Source: Epiperipatus broadwayi (lineage: Eukaryota > Animalia > Onychophora). From it: a DNA stretch of 64,000 nt. The DNA lies in contig JAQFVV010000002.1 in assembly GCA_028023455.1 (NCBI GenBank), positions 2,046,001-2,110,000 of the forward strand, written 5' to 3'. The translations under genes were made by a program, and so were the position numbers. The stretch's first letter is position 1, and every line of letters starts with the position of its first letter. A model generated the notes under the pieces. It was given only the letters and a program-made list of their open reading frames with translations, searched no databases and was not told where the DNA came from. Positions 1 through 11,550 of the stretch are shown here, one piece after another.

Positions 1-439
1 AGTATAGTAAGGGGAATTAATAATATTATTAGAAAAATTAATAAAGAATTTAAAAATGATATTAAATATAAAGTAATGAATAAAAGGAAGAAAAATGTAA
101 TGGATATTTTAGATAATAGGTGTATAAGTGGGGAAAAAAAGTATATAAAAGGTTTATGAGATAGAATGTAGAAAATGTAATGATAAAGGGATTACAAATA
201 AATATGTTGGTGAGATGAAAAATTCAATATATACTAGGTTAAAACAACATAAATATGATAGAGGATCACCAGTATATATGCATTTTATGGAGACAGGTCA
301 TAAACTAGAAAAAGAGAATATTAGAATGATAAGTTATGCAAGTAGTAGGAGGGATAGAAAAATAAGGGAGGCAATTTTAATAAAGAAGATAAATCCAAAT
401 ATTAATAGAGAAAGTGATTTAAAAACTATCTTAGTATAA
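1..439 (+). mobile_element. Penelope-like element 3' remnant, GIY-YIG endonuclease region (pseudogenised)
   Basis: Translation upstream of and through ORF 215-439 gives C..CNDKGITNKYVGEMKNSIYTRLKQH...PVYMHFMETGH...RKIREAILIK..NPNIN, the YVGET/RxxEH/H..H/E pattern of PLE GIY-YIG domains, followed by a long A-rich tail. Confidence 0.8.
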
Positions 440-1199
440 AAAATAAAAAATAAATAAAATAAACAGTGAAAACTAATAAGAATTAAAATAAGTAGTTTGT
501 ATAATAGATAATAGAGGGAGCTGTATATAGATTAAAAGAAATTAGAGTATATTATGGGATAGAAAATGGTGAAGTAGAGAGAGTTTAGTAGATATTAAGG
601 TAAGATATAAAATAAAAATACATACAAGAATTAAAATAATTAAAATAATTTTATAAGTGAGAAGTAAATGGAAGAGGCAGGAATATAATATGGGTAAAAT
701 GGAATTAAGGAATGGAATAAAATAATTAAAAAGTTAGGATAATAGGTGAAATGTAAAATGAAGTTAAATTTGTGAATAAAATAAAATGTAAAATAAGGTT
801 AAATTATGAATATAGTAATAAAATAATAAATATTACATTGAAATTATAAAATTATGGTAAAGGAAAAAAAGGTGAATAAATATTAGTATAATAATAACTA
901 AGAATAGAAATAAAGGGTAAAGTAGATTTTAAAATTATATAATAGTAAGTTTTATGAATAAACTTATGGTAATAATTAAGTTGGTAAAATTGTAAAAATT
1001 TAATAGATATATGTATGAAATATGGTTGTATTAATATAATGTTTAAATTTTTGTAGATCTGACAAAGACTGTAATATTAATAAATAAATATATTTTGCTT
1101 CAAAGTGTCAAAAGAGTGGAATGTGGTTATTATATGTTATAAATAATTTATACAAACTATGTTAACACTATTTCTCTTATCAAAAATTTAAAAATGTAT

Positions 1200-3720
1200 G
1201 GAATATATTGCATAAGCAACTCAAGTAAGTACATCAGTGTTAAAAAAATAGGTTTTAAATAATTAGATTAAAAATAAGATAATACAAAGAATAAGCCTGT
1301 TTTAAGATAAGACATTCAAAATCAAGAGAAAAATTCAAGCAATTTAATAATTATGGGGTTTTGAAAATTCATATAATAAAAATAAAACGAAGTCATAAAA
1401 GTATTGAAAATAAGAGATCATCCAAAGTGTTATAAACAAGAATTCAAAGTCAGATTTTCTTGAAATTAGTCAGTCTGGATTATTGTTTTATTCTAGTTTC
1501 ATTGAGCCACATAAGGATAATCAAGTAGAAAGAAGGAAAAACTCTGGCTGCTTAAAATCTAACCTGAAGCCCTTATAATCTGATGTAACTATTTAGAAGC
1601 AATCTCTATTTACAATGAAGTAAAAAATACATGTATTGTCACAAATATTAAATTTTGGTCAAATTTATTAACAGTAATGGAATTGTTTCTATAAAATTCA
1701 AATGGTATATTATTGAATGTATTTACAACACATCATGAGCTAGCACAAAAACTTTATTTAGACAGAAAGTCCACTCTTAAGACAATAGTATATTTAATAG
1801 ATTACTTATGATTAGGAATCAAAATTCAAGAGAAGTTCACATTATACAAGCACTAATAAGTTTAGTTTGTTGGACAAATCATAGATTAATATGCTCCAAT
1901 ATCAGAATAATGGGTGCAATAAAAATAGATATTATTTCAATCACATTCACAAAAATATTAATATTCATTCTAAATTGAACACTAAAATTGCTCATTTGGA
2001 TCATCAGAACTGTTATGTTATTAAAGCATAAGAAGTTTGTCTGGCTACAAGAAAATCTATTCTTGTGCTTATTAAAAATAAGAATCATTACTGGTTTGCT
2101 GACAATAATATTATTATTAGTAATTCAATTAAAAGGGAGCATGGTATTTTCTGCTTACCAAAATAACACATTAAATATGGAATTAATGATTGGATGGATT
2201 AAAACTAAAAACCCAGACATTCACTGACTGTAATCAGTCTTAATATTTTTCCATGAATTGAAAGCAACATATTGATCTAAGAAAAATATATTACAATCTT
2301 ATTAAATTCAGAAATGGTCCTCTTTATATAAATACAAGATATTTCTGTTATACAATGAGAGTGATATTTTAATCAGGTAGATGTATTTTGATCATATTTT
2401 GAATAATGATACAAGAATTGAGATGATAACTTTTAATCATATATGTATATCCAGTTTAGTAAAATTACAATAGCTCTTTTAAAACTTAAGATGCTGCAGG
2501 TTCTTCTGAAATAAGTGAAGAATTTTTTTAAAATATAGTAGTGGTATTTTAACTTTACAAATATTGGAATTTTTAGAATACATTGACTCATAAAGAGACC
2601 AGAGAAGATTCCAATAATTATAATGGAATATCATTATTACCCAAAAGAGAAAATGTACTATCAAGGATTTATGTTGAATAGGTTACTTCCAATTATAGAT
2701 AAAGGATTACTAGAGACACTATGGTTTTAAATAATCAAGAAATACTATAGCCAACAGTTTTGTTGTCAGGCAAATGCAAAAAAAATGTGAAGAACAAAAA
2801 AGTGATTTATATTTTATTGATTTGGTCAAATCATTTGATTTCATTAATAAAACAGATTTAAGAAATTATTTGAAATTTATTGGTTGCCCATCAACATTTA
2901 CTTATATCCTGTAGATTCTCATGATAAAATCAATGATATTACTACTTGAGACATTTGAAATGAAAACTAGTGTTAAATTAGGGTGCGTACTTTGTCCAAC
3001 ATTGTCTTAAATTTTAAATAAATGGACTTAGATGTAGAGGTACAATGCACACTTCCATGTGTTACTCCTGCTTTTAACAAGTTAAAAGCTAGAGGTCAAG
3101 CATTTTTAGCTGAGAGGTCAGCACAGCCGCCTTGCAAGCAAGCAATTGGTTGCAGATGGTTGTTGCGGGTTCGCCTCCCATCCGATGCTATGACATATGG
3201 GAAAAAAAGCTAGAGTATTTCATCCCAGAGAAATAATTACTGCAATTAAGTTTGTTGCATATGGAGTTATTATGGAAGTGAAACTTGTCCACTTATTAGA
3301 ACAATATAAATACATTAGAAAAGTATTATTTAAAAATGGTTAATAAAATTTGAAAAATACAATAGCAATTTCATAAAATCAATCAATATTTTCTTCAGCT
3401 TGATGGATATAATGTTACTGAATCTGCAATATAATTTATACTTTTGTTATATTGGGTTTGTAAAATATATGAATAAGAAGTGAATGAATAATGAAAGACT
3501 TCCTAAATGGTGTTTTATTGTAAACTTGAGCATGGTTTTTGTGGGAGAGATACATTTTGTCTACATAAGCAGTGTTATCTTAAAGATACTCTGTGAAATG
3601 TCAATCGTTCTATAAGAAAGATATGCCAGAGAATAGAATACACTGGAGAACTACCATCATACATTGTCTTAATGGATTTCTGACAGAAAAGATTTCTGTT
3701 GAAGAAATGAACAGAAATCA
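1200..3720 (+). mobile_element. Degenerate RTE-clade LINE (endonuclease end, RT, C-terminus; internal deletion)
   Basis: Broken-frame motifs: NSNGILL..F..H.L...LIDY (~1696-1810, APE end); NYNGISLL...NRLLPII...RQMQKKCEEQ..LYFIDLVKSFD (~2610-2840); KTSVKLGCVLCPTL (~2960-3005); DLDVEV...AFNKLKAR; YGSET; NERLPK; ENRIHWRTTII. Many stops and frameshifts; 5' boundary approximate. Confidence 0.75.
3099..3189 (+). mobile_element. tRNA-derived SINE-like head inserted in the RTE remnant
   Basis: A-box-like TAGCTGAGAGG, B-box-like GGGTTCGCCTCCC, AGCAT/ATGCT terminal complementarity; GC/CpG-richer than flanks. No clear TSD. Confidence 0.4.
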
Positions 3721-3896
3721 TCATAAATATCACATAAATCTAAAAATATATCACCATGTTACTATTTGTGAATGTATTTGTGGAATAAAGATTGGTTTGT
3801 AAATTGCAAAACTCATTTCTAGAGTAGTTTTCTCTATTTTCTTCTTTCTTTTTTCATAACAGTGGAATGGCCATAATTGCAAGTGGCCATTTTTTA

Positions 3897-4020
3897 CCAC
3901 CACTACTACTATCATCATCATCATCATTATTATTGTTATTATTACTATTATTATTATTATCATCATCATTATTATTATTGTTATTATTATTATTGTTGTT
4001 ATTATTATCATTATTATTTT
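3897..4020. repeat. Compound trinucleotide microsatellite (CAC/TAC/CAT/TAT/TGT)
   Basis: Directly visible runs of cat/tat/tgt triplets; explains the spurious poly-Ile/Met ORF 3751-4056. Confidence 0.95.
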
Positions 4021-4029
4021 CAAAAGGAC

Positions 4030-6050
4030 TTTATTAACTGAAGGAAAAGGATACATCTATTTACAGTTTCACATTGGCCATACATAGTTTCATATTTACA
4101 TTATAAAAGAAGTACAGTTTAGGTAATTAAATTACACGGATTACAAACATTTAGATTACAGATCTATATATTAGAGTTCATGATAACCATCAAGTCTGAA
4201 AGCAATAAGGTCTTAATCAATGTTCATGTGGTGATAATGGGAGAAAACACTGTTTACAAATTCCAATGAGATCTGATCACAGTATATATGTTGTTCATTG
4301 AAGATTTAATAGGCTCCATGTTGTATTATATGTAGAATCAGAGACTAGTTTTTTCTCTCTTTCTTTAATGCTTTCCAGTTTATTCCAAAAGGTATTTGGA
4401 TGCCTTCTTGGGTTGTTGTTGTATAAAAGGTGCATCTAACACACCATAGTGTAAATAGTACAAAACTTCTGGAATGTATATTGGCATATATACCTTATTT
4501 GAAACATTGAAAAAGTGTGACTGTTTTAACTTTTGAATAATAGAGGAATTGCTCTATTAATATTGTCAAAGCAGAAGCATTCGAAGAAGATGGGATGCTG
4601 GTTTTCAGTCTCTCTATAGCAAAGATTGCAGTGTTCCACATCCTTGCAATTTCTTTTATATCTGTAGAAATATAAAGTGGGAAATGCTTCAAGGTTAGTT
4701 TTAACAAAGAAATCAAAATATTTAGGTTCAAGGGACCAATATCTAAATTTATTAATTTATTATTTAGGCCTAAAATTGGAATATTAATGGAACCATAATG
4801 ATCACCATGAAACCATCTAGAGACTTTGCAATATTTGAATTTTTTAGATGTAAACTTGAGTTCAAGTTTGGAGATAACCTATTCTTAAGGGTAATTTTCT
4901 GCAGTATTTCTAACTGAGGGTAACTGTTACTAAAAGGGATAATAAGATTGATAGTGTTTTGGATCCTAAAGATGTTTATACAATGAAGACCTAATTCATT
5001 TAAAAAAGGTGATGTTTGAAATTGTTTTAAGTCAAATGCCACCAATATGCTTGATCCAAAGAATATTTCTAAATAGAGAGTAGATAGCGTGATTAAATGT
5101 TTTAGTAAAATAATAATGGGAGAGAAGTATATGATTCTGATCATGATCAGTAGATTAAAAAGTGATGTTTTAGAGTAAGGAGAGAGGTAAGATTTAGCAA
5201 GTGATTTAATCAGCCTCTTGGTTTTGTGAATGAGTACTTTATTTGGCTTCTCATGAATGAGTAACTTAAATGAAAAGAAAAACCAAGGAAGGAGCTATGA
5301 GTCCTCTGAAGAACTGCTTTTCTATTTTTCCAGTATATATAGACCAAGCACATGGTTTATCCATGTTAAATTCCAGCTTGTAATCCTGAGTAAATTTTGA
5401 AAAAATTTCAATGCGAGTTGGGATTTGTTTAGAAGAAGAGAAACACGAATATGTCATCCATATATGCAATGACTGAAATGTTATGCGAGTTGGGATTTGT
5501 TTAGAAGAAGAGAAACACGGATATGTCATCCATATATGCAATGACTGAAATGTTAGTGTTGAGCGACTGTACAAAGATACAGGGTATTTGTTTTTCAATC
5601 TCTTTGAAAAGCAGATTAATATAAATAGTAAATAATAAAGCACTGAGAGGAGAGCCTTGTGGTATTGAGCAATAAGGAGTGAAATTTTCCATTTAATGTT
5701 ATATGTATTTCATGATTTAGCAAAATATTTGTTATTATGTAAAGGATTGGAGTAGGTAGCTCTCCATTTGCTAATACATTAAAAAGATGCTCTTTAGGTA
5801 CCATGTCAAAAGGAGGTTTAGTATCTAGTTGGACTACCAATGAACTATATTTCTTACTCTTCCTAACTAAGTCTATAACAATTTTAAACAAGAATGCAGC
5901 CTGGTTTGTAGATGAGCCCTTCTATGCAAATTGAGTTTTACATAATTGCGGTAGCAACATTGGCTGAATTCTATCTTTGAGTACATATTCCAGTAGTTTT
6001 ATTCCCATCTAATGTATTTTACAGCAAAATATTTGGCTAATATGACTAAT
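4030..6050 (-). mobile_element. Degenerate L1/Tx1-like LINE ORF2 (RT and C-terminal region)
   Basis: Minus-strand ORF pieces: QLDTKPPFDMVPKEHLFNVL...ITLNGKF; SIPQGSPLSALLFTIYIN; IAYMDDISVF; downstream thumb region. Multiple frameshifts. Confidence 0.8.
5411..5554. repeat. 72-bp tandem duplication spanning the RT YMDD motif
   Basis: atgcgagttggg...gactgaaatgtt at 5411-5482 and 5483-5554 with one mismatch; appears as a 24-aa repeat in ORF 5266-5643. Confidence 0.95.
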
Positions 6051-6152
6051 TGCATATCAAAGTGTATATACAAAATACAAGGTATATATCCAATATCTCT
6101 TGCACCTTTCCTTAAAAAACATGAAAATATTACTACCATTGATATATATATA

Positions 6153-6838
6153 TGTCCACCACTACTATTATAAATCTTACTTTAGACTCTTGTGTTGCAA
6201 AAGTATAAATCCCTAAAGGCATGCCTTAGGAATACTTGCTCGAGAATTTTAGGTAGCTAGATTATGTCATCAAAAAATGTATTTCTCTTTGTAAACATAA
6301 CAGTATCGGAAAATACCGCTACTGAGATCTTAAATATAAAGTATTATTGGTAAAATGATTTTGCATAAATGTTTCTAAATAAATAAATGTATTTCTTTAA
6401 TATATAACAGTATCAGAAAATTCTGTTACTCAATTTTAAATATTACCAAATATTATTAGTAAATGATTTATTATTAAAATGTTTCAATAAATAATGCCAA
6501 ACTATATGTCTGCCATTACCTCTTTATTTATTTATTCAATACCCATTCCATATTGTATTTCCTCGATTCTGTAAAGATAAATGTTTAAGATTAATGTTCT
6601 GATTGGCTAACTCGAAATAAAATTCTTGATTCTCTTGCATCTCCCTGATCACCATGCCTAAAGAAATGTTTACTAACGTGGCATCAGATGCATTGTTTCG
6701 TAGATTGTATTGTGGAACCGATAAACTATGTACGAACTCAGTACTATGGGTGGCTTCACTACCTAGATGGTTCTGCCATTCTGTGTGGTGGTTGGATTCT
6801 GCACTATGTTAATGAATCACACATTTCTGACTGTTACA
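6153..6838 (+). repeat. 5' LTR of Gypsy 1 (possibly 5'-truncated)
   Basis: 686 bp, begins TGT, ends CTGTTACA; about 95% identical to 13983-14666 by manual alignment; internal ~115-bp subrepeats. Confidence 0.88.
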
Positions 6839-6860
6839 TAATATAATTTTTTTTAGCATT

Positions 6861-6878
6861 TGGCGCATAACGTGGAGG
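6861..6878 (+). promoter_or_regulatory. Primer-binding site, tRNA-Lys(CUU)-type
   Basis: TGGCGCATAACGTGGAGG resembles the tRNA-Lys1,2 PBS TGGCGCCCAACGTGGGGC with 4 mismatches. Confidence 0.75.
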
Positions 6879-7420
6879 CTTCGATTACAAAACCCATATC
6901 CCTGAGCATATTTATAACACATGTAAATTTTCTTTTAGCATTCATTACCTGAGTTAGCTAATTATTCTATATATATACGAGTTTGTTTTGATAAAAATAA
7001 TGAAAAAAAATAAATCGAGTTAAATAATGTGGGTCGAGTGAATGAAAGGACGGCAGGCATAATAAATTTAAGGAAAGCAGGTGTGTGTGTATAATTTAAA
7101 AAGGAACTAAAATACTCGGATCTAGTGAAATGTTTTTTTTATATATATGTAAAAAAAAAAAAAGTAATCAGTTGCTAAATGAGAAAGCAAGTGGCAGTAA
7201 ATATTTTATTAAAGCACCATTATATATGTACAGACAGCAGTGTTTTATTATACATGTTAGCAGTAGTTTGTTATAATATATATATGTTAAACACAGCAAT
7301 ATAGAAATAGGGCAATGTAGAATAGGTGAGTGCAGTGAAAGAGTATGATAGGACCAAGATACCAGTGGGGAATAGTCTAATGCTAGTAATAAAGAAAAAT
7401 AAATAAATAATATTAAGAAA

Positions 7421-8400
7421 ATGGAAGCAGAAAATATTAATATAGAGCAAGTAGATTTATCTAAAGCTTATGGAGGGTCAATGGACTTTAATTTAAAGTT
7501 ACTTGAAATACTTAGACAGAATAAGGAAGAAATTAGGAAAATTTATGAGGAGGAAGTGAGAAGAAGAGATGAAGAATCAAAAAAGAGACAGGAAGAAGAA
7601 AAAATAAGGGATGGGAAGTATCAGGAAATTCAAAAATTTGTCTTGAGAGAGTTAGGAATGATAGCAAAGGAATATAGAATAACCCAAGTCAATAAAGAGG
7701 TGGAAGATATAAAGACAATGGAGGTTGGACCTCAAAGCTACTTAGTAAAGATTATTCAGATAAAAATCTTTAGAGGAGAGATAGAAGAAAATCCTCAAAC
7801 CCACTTACAGAGCTTACAAAGTTTCTTTCAATTGCACAAGGCAGGAGCAGGTGAACAGATAGCTATTGCCAGTTACCATTTACAGGGCTATGCCAAAGAC
7901 TAGTGGGATATGGTGAAATGGAAACCTAAAACTATAGAGAAGTACAAAGATGCATTAATGAAACATTATTGGAGTGACGAGAATCAAAATGGTATCTACA
8001 ACATACTCTGTCATGAAAAATACGGAGCAATACCCCGAGAAACACATGCTCAGGTTTTCCTCCACCAAGCGAACCAATTTAAATCTCTCACAACATTCGT
8101 ATTGGCAGATACACATATCATTGGAACAATTCAACAAAATATATGATGATCAGAAGTTGTATCAAAGAAATCGAAGAGATGGGAGAATTTCTTGCAGCTT
8201 TAGATGATAGCCACTGGCCTAAAAGATTAATAGATCATGAATGGAAGCAGGAGACCAGACAACAGCAATCAGCAACTACTAGCAATCATAGTGAGAAAGG
8301 AAGAAACCAAATGGCAATTCAATCAAGTGGGACTTCAGTAAGAGATTTCCAGTACCAGCATCCACCTTGACAGCAGCTGAAAGTAGTGGAGATGACTAAC
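7421..8400 (+). pseudogene. Gypsy 1 gag (disrupted)
   Basis: ORFs 7421-7903 and 7910-8146: coiled-coil N-terminus then capsid-like F.G...ENPQTHL...AIASYHLQGYAKD*W, in the expected position after the PBS. Confidence 0.8.
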
Positions 8401-8439
8401 CTAACATCAGTCATCCAGGAATAGGGTCCCACTTGGGGA

Positions 8440-11400
8440 CTTTAGATTGGCCCATGCCCAATTATTAATCCAAGAATCAGGGTCTCAGTTGCACAAATTC
8501 TTCTTGACACAGGCAGCCAGATTTCCTGTGTCTCTAGAGATTGGTTAGCAAATTACGAAAAACATGGAGCTCATACCCAGGCTCTCTGCTCACCCGATCC
8601 AAATGAAGCTATCTGATGGGAGGATGACCAGAACTGAAAACTATCAAGTCTGGTTGGAAATATCAGTAGAAGAAGCCAATGCAAGACATGCCCCCTTAGT
8701 GATCAAAGGACTAATTCAGGATGTGATAGTTGAGTCTGACTTCTTAACCCAACATGAATGTATCCTGGACTATAAAAAAAGATACTAACTTTCCAGCAGA
8801 AGCAGATTAGTTTTGATACTAATAAACACATTGAAGAAATCCAATTAAGATGTCTGGAGGCTATTCCTGATGAGGATATCCAAGAGAAAAGGGATCATCA
8901 TTAAACAAGGTAGAGGACCGATTCCAGTTACAACAATTACTTATGGAAAATCGTACAATATTTTCCCAGGTCCCAGGTGAAATTAGTGATTACGTCCATC
9001 GGATATGAGTAAAAGAAGAGACACATTTCCAGACCTGCACATACCCTATCCCATTTCAGTATCAGGAAGAGGTGAACGCCCAAATTAAGCAAATGATTGA
9101 CTGGGGTGTAATTCAAAAGGGGTCATCACCCTATAATAACCCATTGGTCATGGTCAAAAAGAAAGATGGAACCATATGATTGTGTATAGATGCTAGGACA
9201 TTAAACAACATTACTATACCTGAGTGAGACATCCCACCACCCATCCAAGAAACATTTATCAAGTTAACTGCCAAGAATATTTTCTCTACCCTTGACCTAA
9301 CTGCCAGTTACTGGCAAATGGCTCTCCACCTCCATGATCAAAAATATACTGCATTTCAATACAATGGGCAGACCCACATATTTAAGAGAGTACCCTTTGG
9401 TCTGATAAATAGCAATGCTGGCCTCATGAGGTGTTTGGACCAAGTATTGTGAGAAAAGTTAAAGAAAAAATTGGTATGTTACGTAGATGATGTAGTAGTT
9501 GCATCAAGAGACATTGCAGAACATTTGGAAGATTTAAAACAATTTTTCGATGAGTGCACCCAGAAAAATATAACTGTTAATTTAAAAAAAAGTTTTTTCA
9601 CATTGAGGGAGATTTCCTTTTTAGGCCATATTGTAAATGGTCAAGGAATTAGGGCTCACCCTAACAAGGTCGCAGCCATTGAAAATTTCACTAGGCCAAC
9701 GAACCGAAAACAAGTTCGATCATTTCTGGGTCTTTGCAATTACTACCACAAGTTTTACCCACATTTTGCCAAAGATACATCATCCCTAGTAGAATTGATA
9801 AGACCCCATCACTGATGGGAATGGATGATTACCCATGAAGAAGACTTCAGTTGAGTAAAGAGAAGATTTCTAGAGACCGTGATGTTACACTACCCAGATT
9901 TTACCCACCCCTTTTATTTGCAGACTGATAGTAGTTAGAAAGGATTGGGCATGGTTCTATTTCAAGTCAACCAAGAAGGCCAACACCAAATACTATATTT
10001 TAGCAGCTGTACTCTGAAAGGAGCCAAAAAAACTACACAGTGAGAGAACAAGAGACACTAGCAATCATGTGGTCATGTAATAAGTTCAAGCAGATGCTCC
10101 TGGATTCAGAAGTGATTATCATTACTGACCACCGGTGTCTCAAATTCCTAAATAAAAGTTACCTGAACAATGACCACCTCATCAGATGAAGTCTTTCACT
10201 TCAAAGATTTCATTATAAAGTCATCTACTGCCCTGGGCCTGAAAATGCAGTGGCCGATATATTAAGTCAATACCCTATAGAACTGGAGCCACACAACCCC
10301 ATAATAAGTGATCAGCCATTGGTTATTGCAGCAATGGTACTGGACCAGGAGATGGAACTCAAAGTTAAGGAACCTTCAACATTGGCAAGAGCAACAACCT
10401 CTATACAAAAAGCTTATCCAAATTGTACAGCAGCAAGGAAATCCAATGCAAGGCTGCACAACACCTTGAGGAAATAAACTATACTGGATAAGAAATGGGT
10501 TGCTTCAGCAGCAGATTGTGGGAGATAAAATTTACTGGAAAATCTTGGTACCCCCTGATCTCAGAAAACGTCTCATCATGTATATGCACAGCTTAGTAGG
10601 GGACTATGGCCCCAGAAAAACAGAAGAAGCTATAAGATGACAATTTCACTGGCCAAAACTATATGAAGATGGGATGGACACCCTCAAGAAATGTGCTATT
10701 TGTGTAAGAGATAAACCACCAAATAAAAACTTTAGTGGAGTAAGTGCCTCTATCATCCCATCCGCACCAAATGAAATACTTGTGATCGATCACTATGGCC
10801 CATTGCCATCCTACCATAGATTACATTACTTACTTGTAACTTATGATTTATTCTCAATATATGCTTGGGCCTATCCTGTAATGCGAGTAGACTCCCATTG
10901 TGCAATTCAAGTGTTACAAAAGTGTCAATTTGTCAAGATTGGAAAACCGATCACCATCCTCTCGGACCATGGATCTGCCTTTACATCTCAAGAATGGAAG
11001 ACTTGGTTGAAGCAGCAGAACGTTAAACATATTCTGACCCTCAATTTGAAATCCTGTCTAACTCATGTGAAAGGGTTATGAGGAAAATAAACCGACTATT
11101 TAGGACCCATGTTAATTAAAATCACAGAGGCTGGGTAAATCAAACTGAAAAGATTTTTCAATATATCAATGGAACCATCAATGAGGCCACTGGCATGACA
11201 CCAACACATTTGCATTTTGGTAAATCAGACTCATTACTGATCTAGACACCATTACCCATGGATGGACATGAAATCAATATTGAAACTGACAGAAGCAAGG
11301 CACACCGCCTCCTTATGGAAAGGGCAGAACAGAGATTACAAGCAGATTGGAGAAGCCAACATTTCCAGGTCGGGAGCTATGTTTGGATACGGAACTCTCA

Positions 11401-11550
11401 ACAAAGCAACAGAGATAAAAGAGTATATAAAAATTTTTTTCTCTGTACCAGGGACCCTCTATAATTGACTGCACATGTGGCCTGAATGCATATTTATTAA
11501 AAGATGGAGATATCATAAAAGGGACATATAATGCCCATAATCTCAAACCA
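8440..11550 (+). pseudogene. Gypsy 1 pol (protease, RT, RNase H, integrase; many stops and frameshifts)
   Basis: LLDTGSQISCV (protease); SPYNNPLVMVKKKDGTI*LC, LDLTASYWQ, RVPFGL, YVDDVVV (RT); FYLQTD...GMVLFQ (RNase H); KKCAIC, IDHYGPLP, ILSDHGSAFTS, FQVGSYVWIRN (integrase). Confidence 0.93.

Noticed and set aside
1059-1095. Hammerhead-like CTGACAAAGACTG in the tail of the first Penelope remnant
   Set aside because: Position fits a pLTR, but GAAA and the stems are not recoverable; too decayed to call.
1200-2460. Possible endogenous viral or Polinton coding sequence
   Set aside because: Motifs resolve as the endonuclease and linker of the RTE LINE continuing into RT at ~2.5 kb.
3751-4056. 101-aa hydrophobic ORF
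   Set aside because: Artefact of the trinucleotide microsatellite.
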